From: a virus
Virus genome (UHGV): UHGV-1372857
Direction: 5' to 3' (one strand)
Length of the DNA stretch: 47,784 nt
This document shows positions 1-9,259 of this stretch, in pieces (position 1 is the stretch's first letter; each line of letters begins with the position of its first letter). The position numbers and the translations under genes were made by a program. Under the pieces are notes generated by a model. The model saw only the letters and a program-made list of their open reading frames with translations, did not search any database and had not been told where the DNA came from.

Positions 1-2
1 AT

Positions 3-278
3 ACGCTTAACCACGGCTTTTCTTTCCCCGGCGCGACCATCACAGCCGTTGAAATTACGGGAGCCAAAACAGTACGTCTGACCCTCTCGGCGGCACCGGC
101 GCAACGTACCCTACGATATGCGATTGACGCATTTGATGATGTCACCTACTGGCCAACACGTCGCGGTAACCTAATGGTCGAAACCGACCGAAAATCCTGG
201 TGGAACAGGCAGGGTGTGAATATCCCGCGCAACGTTCGCCACTACGCTATTCGTTTTGAAATCACTGTTACGGAGTAA
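3..278 (+). CDS. 3' end of a tail fibre/tailspike gene (C-terminal ~92 codons); most likely the continuation of the ORF that starts at 45978 and runs off the window end
   Basis: Open frame starting at position 3 (…TLNHGFSFPGATITAVEITGAK…RFEITVTE*), stop at 276-278. The last complete codon of the end ORF finishes at 47783; base 47784 plus bases 1-2 make one codon, then position 3 continues in frame. Confidence 0.5.
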   Translation, partial: TLNHGFSFPGATITAVEITGAKTVRLTLSAAPAQRTLRYAIDAFDDVTYWPTRRGNLMVETDRKSWWNRQGVNIPRNVRHYAIRFEITVTE

Positions 279-283
279 TTAAC

Positions 284-1039
284 ATGCCCGGAATCATTGT
301 TGCACAAAATTTCAATAATACCGCGTTGCCGGCGGGGGAAAGTCTGGCATCGGCGCTGATTGCCGACTCAGGCGTAAAAAACTGGTTTCAGGCCGATGCG
401 AATTCAGTAACGCTGAGTGGTAATGATATTGTCTCATTCAACGATCGGAAAGGGACCGCCAGCAAGTTGACCCGCGCTGATGCAGCCAATGGCGCAACCC
501 TGGTCAGCAACGCATTTGGACAATACTCCGGGGCCAGATTCAACGCATCAGAATCTGATCGCTCTTTATTCAGCGGAGATGTGCTGGATTTAACGCAGCC
601 ATTCAGTTGGTCAGGTGTGGCCACACTAAGGGCGCTGGCGGCATCAAGTAACCTTTGTGGTACATTCACCTCCTCGTCTGTTCGGGCCATACTCAACGTA
701 AGCCCCACTACCAACGCCGGGAAATTACAGTTTCTGTATGGGTCAGCAAAATGCGTTGGCCCGACACTGGATCTTGATACGCCGTTTGCGTTCGTTTGTG
801 GTTATGATGGGACGAATATTTTCCTGCGCGTGAATGGTGTGATGGCATCCGTTGCTGCTGCTGGAAGTCCTTCCTCTTCGGCATTCGCCCTGGGCGCATT
901 ACCGGGTGGTTCTCAGTTCTGGGATGGTGACGTGTCCGACCTATTTCTGTGTACCGTCGCAATGAACACCAGTGCTGGAGCATCATTGCTCGCAAAACTG
1001 ACAGCCTTTTATAAAGACGTTTATGGACTGACGCTGTAA
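284..1039 (+). CDS. putative tail-fibre-associated / receptor-binding accessory protein (251 aa, Ser/Ala/Gly-rich, beta-rich lectin-like guess)
   Basis: ATG at 284, 5 nt after the stop of the fibre fragment. Last gene of the late rightward unit before the convergent terminator. No recognisable catalytic motif. Confidence 0.35.
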   Translation: MPGIIVAQNFNNTALPAGESLASALIADSGVKNWFQADANSVTLSGNDIVSFNDRKGTASKLTRADAANGATLVSNAFGQYSGARFNASESDRSLFSGDVLDLTQPFSWSGVATLRALAASSNLCGTFTSSSVRAILNVSPTTNAGKLQFLYGSAKCVGPTLDLDTPFAFVCGYDGTNIFLRVNGVMASVAAAGSPSSSAFALGALPGGSQFWDGDVSDLFLCTVAMNTSAGASLLAKLTAFYKDVYGLTL

Positions 1040-1296
1040 CTGTACCGCCCGGTAACCGTATGGAAGAATTACCGGGCGGTCATAGCATCTATCATAGAAA
1101 TTGATATCTGAAACTTTCTTGATCTACCATTTCCATAAAACTACTGTATATAAAACAGTGTTTACCGGATGGTAGGTCATGCACCATCAGTCAGACATCG
1201 CCGAGAACTTGTTCAAGGCTGATGGAATGCATCATGGCCCTGAAACTGGAGCTTGGTTGACAATCGTTTTGCTGTATTGGTCCTTATTTAAATAAC

Positions 1297-1322
1297 AAAA
1301 GGGCCTTTCGGCCCTTTTTTCA
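1297..1322. terminator. bidirectional rho-independent terminator (aaaa GGGCC tttc GGCCC tttttt)
   Basis: Perfect 5-bp GC stem with an A-run upstream and a T-run downstream. Sits where the plus-strand late unit and the minus-strand ssb operon converge. Confidence 0.7.
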
Positions 1323-1827
1323 TCAAAACGGGATATCATCATCAAAATCCATCGGCGGCTCGTTTGCCGGTGGTTTTTGTGTATTTGATGGTTGCTGAGG
1401 TTTACCCCATCCTGACTGCTGATTGCTTCCTGATTGTTGTCGCTGCTGTGATTGTTGGTTTCCATTATCACTTGATTTACCACCAATCATTTGCATAACG
1501 CCGTTCATCGGCTGCAAGACAATTTCAGTAGTGTATTTTTCAACACCGCTTTGATCTGTCCATTTTCGAGTGCGTAATTTACCCTCTATGTATACCTGAG
1601 AGCCTTTGCGCAGGTATTCGCCAGCCACCTCTGCCAGCTTATCCGAAGATAACAACGCGATGCCATTCAGTTTGCTCTTTCTTTTCACCTGTGGCCTTGT
1701 CATTCCACTGTTCTGACGTTGCCAGAGAAAGGTTGCACACAGCGCCGCCAGATGGCATATATTTAACCTCAGGGTCTTGTCCGAGAGTGCCCAAAATGAT
1801 TACTTTGTTGATTCCGCGAGATGCCAT
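1323..1827 (-). CDS. ssb: single-stranded DNA-binding protein SSB, interrupted by an apparent 1-nt insertion (frameshift) near 1640-1645
   Basis: Two overlapping ORFs (1639..1827 and 1323..1703) together give an E. coli-like SSB: [28 protein letters not shown]…WHRVVIFG | (D)[32 protein letters not shown]…[11 protein letters not shown]. Total length 505 nt is not a multiple of 3. Expected ttc ggN aag ctg is read as ttc gga taa gct g. Confidence 0.85.
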
Positions 1828-1836
1828 AATTTACCC

Positions 1837-2877
1837 TTAAAAGTTTTCGATGTTCTGTTGAGATGTTGATGACTTCTCTTCGTTTGCAGATGACGTAGGC
1901 GCATCTGCTTTCTGGAGTTTTGCCGGGTTGAAATCGTCCTGCGGCGTGATAGTTACAGCTGCTGGAGGTTCATCATTAATGAATGATTCAATGCGCTCAT
2001 ACTCTTCTGCTGATGCCTTGAGGGTTGACCATATTTCCCTGATTTTCTTTTTGACTGAATCTGGAATATTTGCAGCCTCAGCATTCAGTGCTGCAACTCC
2101 GCGTGAAGCGGTCATTTGCAACTTAGAACGCCAGTGCTCAAACTCCTCATCAATCTTAACACCAGACTCAACCCATTTAATTAAACCTCGCCCATGAGCT
2201 TCACCAATATATCCATGATGCTGACTATCTCGGCCAGATTCAAAAAATATCGGGCGCAGTTCTTCTGGTAGCTTGGTAAAATCCTGCACCTTTCCGTTGT
2301 CATACATCATCATGCTGACGGTCATTTCAAACATAAAATCCTTTTCACAGACCGGGTGCAGACCAAGTGGCATAGGGTCTTTGGGGTTGCTGAAGTCGGT
2401 TTTATTGCGTGCACGCAGGCACACGATGATATGCATATTACTCTGCAATAGCGCACTCATGAACTTCTTATGCTCAGCCTTGGCGCGCTTCCAGTCTGCC
2501 ATTTTTTTTCCTTGCAGCAGCGGCTGATCGGCAATATCTGAACAGCCACCCTCACCCTCCCACTCATGCGAACCGGAATCGATAACCAGCACTTTAACGC
2601 CTGCTTTCTGAAACTCTTCGATAGCCTGGCGATAACGGGCAGGACTAAATGGCGCATACAAATCAGCATGCAGGAATTTTCCATCAAGGATATTTGAATA
2701 AAGACGTCCGCGACCGTTTTCCGTGTCCAGAAAACCTATTTCAGATGGTGAGTCAACCATGCCGCGCGCAAGCTTGAGTGCGCTGTATGTCTTCCCACTA
2801 CCAGACTGGCCGGAGATGCCAATCACTACGCGAGAACCTGAACGTTCAGCAGGTTTGATATCAAGAATTCCCATCAC
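1837..2877 (-). CDS. P-loop ATPase, RecA-fold recombination-associated (Sak4-like / phage nucleotide-binding protein family)
   Basis: Walker A GISGQSGSGKT at residues 20-30. Lies between ssb and a nuclease in the replication/recombination module. 346 aa. Confidence 0.55.
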   Translation of the reverse strand: MMGILDIKPAERSGSRVVIGISGQSGSGKTYSALKLARGMVDSPSEIGFLDTENGRGRLYSNILDGKFLHADLYAPFSPARYRQAIEEFQKAGVKVLVIDSGSHEWEGEGGCSDIADQPLLQGKKMADWKRAKAEHKKFMSALLQSNMHIIVCLRARNKTDFSNPKDPMPLGLHPVCEKDFMFEMTVSMMMYDNGKVQDFTKLPEELRPIFFESGRDSQHHGYIGEAHGRGLIKWVESGVKIDEEFEHWRSKLQMTASRGVAALNAEAANIPDSVKKKIREIWSTLKASAEEYERIESFINDEPPAAVTITPQDDFNPAKLQKADAPTSSANEEKSSTSQQNIENF

Positions 2878-2903
2878 TTCACCTCATTTACTATAAATTA
2901 AAA

Positions 2904-3881
2904 CTACCAGTTGCTATGTTTGTCATTAATTCCATACTGGTGCTTGTACCATTCCGGTGTTTCCATTTCGATGACCGGATTACCCATTGAGTAGCCGGGC
3001 CATGAATTGGCTTTTTTGCATGCCTTATAGATTTCCATCGCGCTGCGCAGCTGAATGCGACCAATGCGTAACTGCTCATCAGTCAGGCGAATCAACGCAG
3101 GGATGAATGGAGATTTTTTCTCCTGAACCAGAAGGTTTACCGAGCGAGGAGCATGCCCATAAGCCTCGACAAACATGTCGTGCTGCATTGCCATCTTCAT
3201 AAAGTACCCGAGCCGGGCTGCATGGCGGAAAAAATCATCAGGCTTGGCGCTCACCGATGTTTTGTAGTCGATGATATCACCGCCGCGAGTAAGACAGTCA
3301 AAGCGTACCTTTGATGGCTCACCAAGCAACTCACCGAGAATTGACACTTCGGAATAAGCACCAGAAAGCAGGCTGCTGTAATAGCTGTTTGCATGGATTA
3401 CGGCGCGCATCTGCATGATGGCGTCATAATCATCGCCTTCCAGCATTGATTTACCAGTAGCGGCCTTCTCTGCTTCTTCACGGATAACATCGTAAATCTG
3501 CACTGTCTCGCCAGTGGTCTGAATGATTTTAATCACTTCAGCTTTCGACTTCCCTGAAAGGCCTTTGATACCGCGCTCTTTTGCCCATGAGTTCATGTCA
3601 GAAGCAGTTACCAGCACCGTGCGATTGCCATCTTTGTCTTTTGGGAAATCTTCAACAACTGGCATGCGGGCATATTCTGCTTCGAAACGCTCAGGCTCAA
3701 GCAGTGCGGTATGGCTACCAGTACCAAATATCAGAGCCTTTGACTGCTCATCTTCTTCGTCTTTGTAGCGCCATGCTGCCGGGCAGCGGTCGTATATGTT
3801 CCACAGACCAGAGCCGTTGATGTGCTCGGTGTCAGCATGATACTGGTCATTACTGAGTTCGTTGTTTAAATAAACTTTCAT
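2904..3881 (-). CDS. PD-(D/E)XK family exonuclease (Cas4/RecB-like phage nuclease)
   Basis: 325 aa with a D…IIDYKT (D-x-K) core motif. Sits next to the ATPase and ssb, the usual recombination-module partner. Confidence 0.55.
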   Translation of the reverse strand: MKVYLNNELSNDQYHADTEHINGSGLWNIYDRCPAAWRYKDEEDEQSKALIFGTGSHTALLEPERFEAEYARMPVVEDFPKDKDGNRTVLVTASDMNSWAKERGIKGLSGKSKAEVIKIIQTTGETVQIYDVIREEAEKAATGKSMLEGDDYDAIMQMRAVIHANSYYSSLLSGAYSEVSILGELLGEPSKVRFDCLTRGGDIIDYKTSVSAKPDDFFRHAARLGYFMKMAMQHDMFVEAYGHAPRSVNLLVQEKKSPFIPALIRLTDEQLRIGRIQLRSAMEIYKACKKANSWPGYSMGNPVIEMETPEWYKHQYGINDKHSNW

Positions 3882-3925
3882 CCATCACCTCTTTTTATTG
3901 TTAAATCAATCTACATCAAACCACG

Positions 3926-4342
3926 TCATTCATCAAGCCCAAAATAGAATAACGTCGCTCTTTTTATCTCCTCAAGACCATAAGCAATAGCGCCAAAGTG
4001 ACCCTCTGCAATGGCGCACTCAAGAACCTCAATCTGCGATGGCGATACCTTTGATTTTGTCTTATCACGCCTCTTCAGCTCAATCAGGCCGCATTTATGA
4101 TTAATGCCGTGAGTTAGTATCACATTGTCGCTTACTCCGCTCCTGACGCCCATTTTTCGGCGTTTTTCGATGAATTGCGGCCCGCTCTTTGTTCCAGTTT
4201 CGTTAGGCACATGAAACCACAGGGCTTCAGGGAATCGGTATTGCATCCACAGACCATACGCCATCTGGTCAGTGCCTTCCAGCGGACATTCACCGCGATA
4301 ACCGCTATCAAATACCCATATTCCACTATCAAGCTGCTTCAA
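3926..4342 (-). CDS. VRR-NUC domain nuclease
   Basis: HVPNE…GVRSGVSDNVIL…GLIELKRRDKTKSKVSPSQ fits the VRR-NUC (PD-(D/E)XK) signature. 138 aa. Confidence 0.75.
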   Translation of the reverse strand: MKQLDSGIWVFDSGYRGECPLEGTDQMAYGLWMQYRFPEALWFHVPNETGTKSGPQFIEKRRKMGVRSGVSDNVILTHGINHKCGLIELKRRDKTKSKVSPSQIEVLECAIAEGHFGAIAYGLEEIKRATLFYFGLDE

Positions 4343-6287
4343 TTTGTTCTCCTATGAAATCCTTGCGGTGGATGATATCGCGGCCTTTATCGTTAAAGCG
4401 ATGCGTGATGCGCTTAGGCGCGCGGATTAAACCGGAGTAATGCATGAAAGTCTTCGCATCATGGCAGTCCATCATTTTCTTCAGCATGGACTTATCTTCA
4501 AGATGAGGAAGCAGAGCCTTCATTTTAAACATGTCACGCAGGTGCTTTGGCTTGCCTCCGAACGGATAAAATACCTCATTTGCCCAGCCGGTCTTTCCAT
4601 CAGCTTTCACCACCAGGTAACGATAAAGAACCCCTTCAGCGTCTTTGGTCAACTCGACCTTAAAATCTTGCACATCTGTCCATTCCTTATCGGTATAAGC
4701 GCGCTCATTAAGCGCCGCATTAGGGTCGCGCAAAACGTGATCGCATTGACGGCAGTAACGAGCTGTCGGGTCGTTTTTTGTGCCGCAACCATCATCAAAA
4801 ATACGGATGCCGTGCTTGTCGAAACCGCAGCGAATGAAGCTGAAAAACTCTTCGCATCGTCCGTCTGGCGACGTTGAGTCTTTACCGATGCAACGCCGTG
4901 CATATGGGCTGTTCATCGTCTGGCATTTAGGGCATGGCACCTGCTCTCCGCTGCGCTTGGCGCGCTGTGCTTCTGCTTCCTCAAGAATAGGGTCTTCGTA
5001 CAGACCGCCAAGCTCAAACATGGTTCCGGTGAAGTCAAGGCAAAGATGGTTTTCTTTCACCAGACCTGCGGCAATCTGCTCAGGCTTTAAAAGGCGCATT
5101 GGTCGGCCAAGCAACTGCGTCAGAAGCGTCAGGGACATAATTTTTCTCAGGATGACAGAAGTATCCCAATATGGGATGTTGACGCCAGTAGTGAGGCAGC
5201 CGATTTGCAGCGTGTATTTTTTACGCCCGGTGGCCGCATCTTTCAGTGCTTTCCGTCTGGCTTTCTGCCCCATATCCTCGGTAACAATGGAATAACTGCC
5301 TTCTGGTAAGTATTTTGCAGCCTCCTTGCAATGTTTTTTACCGGCGCAGGTAATGAGCACACCGAGTCTGTCGCGCGTAAGTTCCATGACTTTGAGCATG
5401 ATTTTTTGTGTCAACGTACCCTGCTTAAGGATTTCTTCCTGCATCTCCTTTAGCTGGCTATCAGTAAAGTCCTGCACGCCGTCAACATCACTACTGGCAA
5501 ACTCATGCAGATCGTATTGCAAGTCCTCGATATCCTGCCCGCCAAAAATTGTCGGCACCAGAAAACCAAGGTCGACAAGGTATTTCGTGCTGATGTTGAC
5601 TATTTCGTGCTTCCAGTAAGCTCCCTTGATCGACTCAACGCCGCGAAATGGGCTTCCTGTGTAGCCAATGACAATCACCTCATGACCATATTTCGCTTTA
5701 CAGCGCCGGTTAAGTTCATTCATGATGACACCGTACTGCGTCTCTGGTTGCTCTGATATTATGTCCTGCCAGTTAACCTGATGGCATTCATCAACCAGTA
5801 TGTAGCGCGGGGAAAAGTCTGATAACAGTGATTTCGTCACAGTGCCATCATCGGCTGCCTTATCAAAAAGACCATTTATTATTGTGCCCTCCGTTCCCGC
5901 GATAAGCGGATAGGCATATGCCTTACGCCCAAGTGAAGCGCTAAACAGAGAGTTTTTTACGCTCAGATTCCAGAGTTCCTCTGCATCCTGCTCAATAATT
6001 TCGCCTTGTCGCGCGATGACAAGCCCCTCCCAACCCATATCCTGAAACCGACGGGCAATCATGGCTATCATGATGGTCTTACCGGCGCCAACTGAAGCGG
6101 TAACATAACTTGGCTTTGGCTGCTTACCAAACTTGCGGATAACCTCTGCTGTCTTTTCATATACCAGCCACTGATAGGGGCGCGGTTCAATTTCCCCGGT
6201 ATGGATGCTGGCCCGCAGCTTATCCATATCCAGCTCAGCAATCATTGCATCAATTTTTTGCACTTCATCCACCTTTGTGTTGCTCAA
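4329..6287 (-). CDS. superfamily-2 DNA helicase (DEAH/DECH box) with a C-terminal Cys-rich zinc-binding domain
   Basis: Walker A SVGAGKT and DECH (LVDECHQV) motifs, with a Cys-cluster C-terminus (CPKCQ…CRQCDH). ORF-track start 6287 is a TTG; the true start may be an internal ATG or GTG. Confidence 0.8.
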   Translation of the reverse strand: MSNTKVDEVQKIDAMIAELDMDKLRASIHTGEIEPRPYQWLVYEKTAEVIRKFGKQPKPSYVTASVGAGKTIMIAMIARRFQDMGWEGLVIARQGEIIEQDAEELWNLSVKNSLFSASLGRKAYAYPLIAGTEGTIINGLFDKAADDGTVTKSLLSDFSPRYILVDECHQVNWQDIISEQPETQYGVIMNELNRRCKAKYGHEVIVIGYTGSPFRGVESIKGAYWKHEIVNISTKYLVDLGFLVPTIFGGQDIEDLQYDLHEFASSDVDGVQDFTDSQLKEMQEEILKQGTLTQKIMLKVMELTRDRLGVLITCAGKKHCKEAAKYLPEGSYSIVTEDMGQKARRKALKDAATGRKKYTLQIGCLTTGVNIPYWDTSVILRKIMSLTLLTQLLGRPMRLLKPEQIAAGLVKENHLCLDFTGTMFELGGLYEDPILEEAEAQRAKRSGEQVPCPKCQTMNSPYARRCIGKDSTSPDGRCEEFFSFIRCGFDKHGIRIFDDGCGTKNDPTARYCRQCDHVLRDPNAALNERAYTDKEWTDVQDFKVELTKDAEGVLYRYLVVKADGKTGWANEVFYPFGGKPKHLRDMFKMKALLPHLEDKSMLKKMMDCHDAKTFMHYSGLIRAPKRITHRFNDKGRDIIHRKDFIGEQIEAA

Positions 6288-6320
6288 TCTACGTCACAAT
6301 AGTAGACTGAATCTACGGCA
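6284..6320. promoter_or_regulatory. two motif copies (TCAATCTACGTCA, GAATCTACGGCA) between the helicase start and the primase gene
   Basis: Plus-strand TTGCTC-17-TAGACT candidate promoter for the primase. The motif overlaps the helicase TTG start. Confidence 0.4.
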
Positions 6321-6337
6321 ATAATCAAGGTTAAATT

Positions 6338-7231
6338 ATGCGATACGACTGGAAGGATATAGAGCCTTTAATGGTAGGAAACTGGCAGGCTGCCATCATG
6401 TCGATAGTTAATGTCGACATGAGAATTTTCAATGGTAAACATCAGCCATGTCCAAGTTGCGCTGGTAAGGACAGGTTTAGATTCGATGACCACTTAGACT
6501 ACAAAGGTGACGGCGGCGCCATCTGCAACCAGTGCGGAAACGGTAGCGGCATCACCTGGCTAATGAAGCTGTCAGGAATGACGTTTCCAGAGTCAATGGA
6601 GGCACTGGCCGGATTTCTGAATATGCACCCACGCGAAAAACTTGAGGCTATTAGAAAGCAACTTCCGAAGGTCAACCATGCTTCTGACTACCTGACAGAG
6701 GCAGAAGTGGCGGCCATCATGGAAAAAGCAGGAGGCGACACCATAACCGGAAAAACTGGTGAACTGGTGGCGATACCGCTGTATATGGCTGGAACAATGA
6801 CGCCATGCAATGTGGCATTCATTGCTGACGATGAAAGCGTGTCATTTCGCGCGGGCTTTAGCCATGAGTACACTCGCGGAAGACTTACGCGCGGCGCAGT
6901 GACACCCATCGGCGATAATTCGGAGTGGACATACCTGGTTGCGGATTACTTCGACGCCTGGCGATCGCATCGGCTTACAGGTGCTCATGTCTGGTGTTGC
7001 TGGTCGCCGGAAAATATGTGGGAAGTTGTGCGCAATGTGAGAGATGAACAGCGAGCTAAACTTCGCTGCATCATTAATAATAATTTCGACGAAGTATGCG
7101 CCGCCGAGAATGCTGGCCTTCCGATACTGATTACTGATGACGGGCAGGATATCCGTTACAGCGGCGCCATCAGAAAAAGGCTGTATAAACCAGAAGAGCT
7201 ATTTGAAGCACTAAAAAATGAACCCTCCTGA
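6338..7231 (+). CDS. DNA primase (N-terminal primase zinc-ribbon CPSCAGKDRFRFDD…CNQCG plus catalytic domain)
   Basis: Zn-ribbon of the primase-helicase type. Lone plus-strand gene inside the minus replication module, followed by a terminator. 297 aa. Confidence 0.6.
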   Translation: MRYDWKDIEPLMVGNWQAAIMSIVNVDMRIFNGKHQPCPSCAGKDRFRFDDHLDYKGDGGAICNQCGNGSGITWLMKLSGMTFPESMEALAGFLNMHPREKLEAIRKQLPKVNHASDYLTEAEVAAIMEKAGGDTITGKTGELVAIPLYMAGTMTPCNVAFIADDESVSFRAGFSHEYTRGRLTRGAVTPIGDNSEWTYLVADYFDAWRSHRLTGAHVWCCWSPENMWEVVRNVRDEQRAKLRCIINNNFDEVCAAENAGLPILITDDGQDIRYSGAIRKRLYKPEELFEALKNEPS

Positions 7232-7245
7232 TGGAGGGTTTTTGT
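7221..7245 (+). terminator. rho-independent terminator of the primase gene (CCCTCC tgat GGAGGG ttttt)
   Basis: 6-bp stem overlapping the primase stop codon, followed by a T-run. Confidence 0.6.
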
Positions 7246-7432
7246 TATCGTATCATCAACTTTCTTATATCCACACTTCCAGAAAGATGACGATGCCAGT
7301 AACTATCAATAACGTGATAGTTTGATATTAACCAGCAGCCGTGCAATTTACTCCAGAAAAACCAAACACTCCAACCATAAGGCCTAAAATGATATGCGCC
7401 TTCTGACCTTACTAAGTAACCTTTTATCTTCA

Positions 7433-8986
7433 TCATTTAAGCCTCGGATTCAGGTAAACAGTGTTATTGAGGAATACGCAATATCCATCCTCTTCAAGAG
7501 ACGGCAAAACGTTTGACTTTAGTCTGTCATAAATATGCGGTATGCCCTTGAATGGTCTAACGTTTTTTAGTGAATCATACAGCCATTTCACCGTGACATT
7601 TGTCTTTCCTTTTTGCGCAGCTGTTCGCAATTTTTCAGCAACAACGTCTATTTCTGATTTCTCGCCAGCGTATCCATTTGACTCAACGGCATCGGTAAAT
7701 GTTTTTGTTAGTGCATCATAAACGCTTATGGCGCGGCTTATGTGCTCCTCACCAATAATTTTTGAGCGACGACCACCATCGCACCAGTTTTCAGCGGCAT
7801 GGAATATTGCCGAAAGCCTGATTATTTGTTTGTCAGCCTTACCCATGGCGCCACGAAGCAAAACGTGATCCCATTTACCACCTGGCAGGAAATTCTTTTC
7901 CCACTGGTTTCGTAAAAGTCCAATCATACGCTGCGATTCTTTAGCGAGGGATAAAACAACCTTCTCAGAAGCCACAAGGTTATGCACAAATCTGGCATAT
8001 TCGGCTTTTAATTCTTTCGGCATTGGTTTGCTTACCGGGCAATCATTTTCCACATCCCAATGCTCACGATAACCCAACATTGACTGCTCACGAAGCATCA
8101 GGAATCGCTCTGACAATCCATTACCCCTGTCGCCAGCCGAAAGAATGGCATCAATACTTTCATCCTGCGCAATGACGCTGATGTTACCAAGCACATAGCC
8201 AGATGAAACACCACGACCAACGCGAGCTGAACCAACAAACCCGCCATCCCAGCCTTTAAGGATGACTTCGGCGTTAGACTTTCCTCCATCCTTGCCATAC
8301 GAAAGTCCAAGACAGGTATTTAAAACGCTTGCCTCATCACTTATCAGGTTGAAAAAACCACCCTCATGAATTGCCTGGTGCTGCACAGCTTCTGGCGTTG
8401 CATCGGTTAACGGGTAGGTGATGGTGTAAAGACTTTCCAGCTTTTCCTTCTCTTTCGCAATGTCATCTCCAATGATGGCCTTCGCGTTCTGATTCGTCGC
8501 TTCCTTGTAAGCCTTCATCAGGTCTTCAATGCGAATGTTTATCTTTACAATTTCCTTCTCCATCTTTTTTGACAGGTTGTCATACTCAATTTTTATCGGG
8601 TTCATATGCATTGAGTTGATGGCTGTCTTGCCAGCTGATGGCGGCTGCGACGTCACCACATACAAGGAAACAGGCAATTCAGAACCGTAGTATTCAACGC
8701 TAAAATTTCTCGTCATGGCACTTGCTACGCAGCCAAGCAGGTGCATGAATGACGTGCTAACTGGGAATTGCACAGCCCTTGCCGCTGCAACTGAATATCG
8801 CGTTATCAGGTCTTTCCTGTTGTCGCTGGTAAGCTCTATCTCCGAATATGTTACATCCTTCTCCTGTCCTTCCTTGATTTCCGGCCACATGTTATGGCTT
8901 GGTGTCATGCCATGATGAATGGCTACACGAGCCGCAGAGGTGTGCGCCTCTCTTGCCTGGTTGAATATTTCCTGTGCTGTAATCAT
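7433..8986 (-). CDS. DUF3987-like replication protein (P4-type primase/helicase-associated C-terminal domain homologue; P-loop-like QPPSAGKT)
   Basis: 517 aa with a SAGKT motif. Positioned next to the primase and translationally coupled (ATGA) to the upstream AP2 gene. Confidence 0.4.
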   Translation of the reverse strand: MITAQEIFNQAREAHTSAARVAIHHGMTPSHNMWPEIKEGQEKDVTYSEIELTSDNRKDLITRYSVAAARAVQFPVSTSFMHLLGCVASAMTRNFSVEYYGSELPVSLYVVTSQPPSAGKTAINSMHMNPIKIEYDNLSKKMEKEIVKINIRIEDLMKAYKEATNQNAKAIIGDDIAKEKEKLESLYTITYPLTDATPEAVQHQAIHEGGFFNLISDEASVLNTCLGLSYGKDGGKSNAEVILKGWDGGFVGSARVGRGVSSGYVLGNISVIAQDESIDAILSAGDRGNGLSERFLMLREQSMLGYREHWDVENDCPVSKPMPKELKAEYARFVHNLVASEKVVLSLAKESQRMIGLLRNQWEKNFLPGGKWDHVLLRGAMGKADKQIIRLSAIFHAAENWCDGGRRSKIIGEEHISRAISVYDALTKTFTDAVESNGYAGEKSEIDVVAEKLRTAAQKGKTNVTVKWLYDSLKNVRPFKGIPHIYDRLKSNVLPSLEEDGYCVFLNNTVYLNPRLK

Positions 8987-9259
8987 TTAAACCTCATACT
9001 CGGTTGCAAATGATTCGTGTGGGTTTTCTGATAGCCACTTCTTGGCCTTTAAAACAGCAATATTTGCTTCTTCTGCTGTTTCGAATAACCCAAGATCATA
9101 CCTTTTTTTGAGAACCATTACTCTTGCTCTGAATTTTTTCGATGCCTTATGGTAATCAACGCCATAGTAGCCAGTTTTCGATTTTGGCGAAGCAACCCAT
9201 CTTGCACCACGGCCATTGTTTTTCATTTTTCGCTTCAATAAAACGCCATGATTACTCAT
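8987..9259 (-). CDS. stand-alone AP2/ERF-type DNA-binding domain protein (HNH-associated AP2 family), first gene of the leftward operon
   Basis: 90 aa with YYGVDYHKASKKFRARV…LGLFETAEEA, the typical AP2 pattern (YRGV..-..KWRARI…LG.F.T.EEAA). Confidence 0.65.
   Translation of the reverse strand: MSNHGVLLKRKMKNNGRGARWVASPKSKTGYYGVDYHKASKKFRARVMVLKKRYDLGLFETAEEANIAVLKAKKWLSENPHESFATEYEV

Noticed and set aside
388-995. Antisense ORFs (388..714, 708..995) inside the 284..1039 gene, and similar shadow ORFs (e.g. 1928..2197, 2273..2527, 3523..3820, 4440..5756, 18849..19217, 28976..30157, 39261..39993)
   Set aside because: They lie entirely within longer, motif-supported genes on the other strand or frame. 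They are typical shadow ORFs of GC-rich coding sequence.
1143-1159. LexA/SOS-box-like palindrome tACTGTatataaaACAGTg downstream of the 251-aa gene
   Set aside because: The spacing is CTGT-N7-ACAG, one nt shorter than the LexA CTGT-N8-ACAG consensus. It lies in a convergent terminator zone with no gene to regulate. It may be another regulator's operator.
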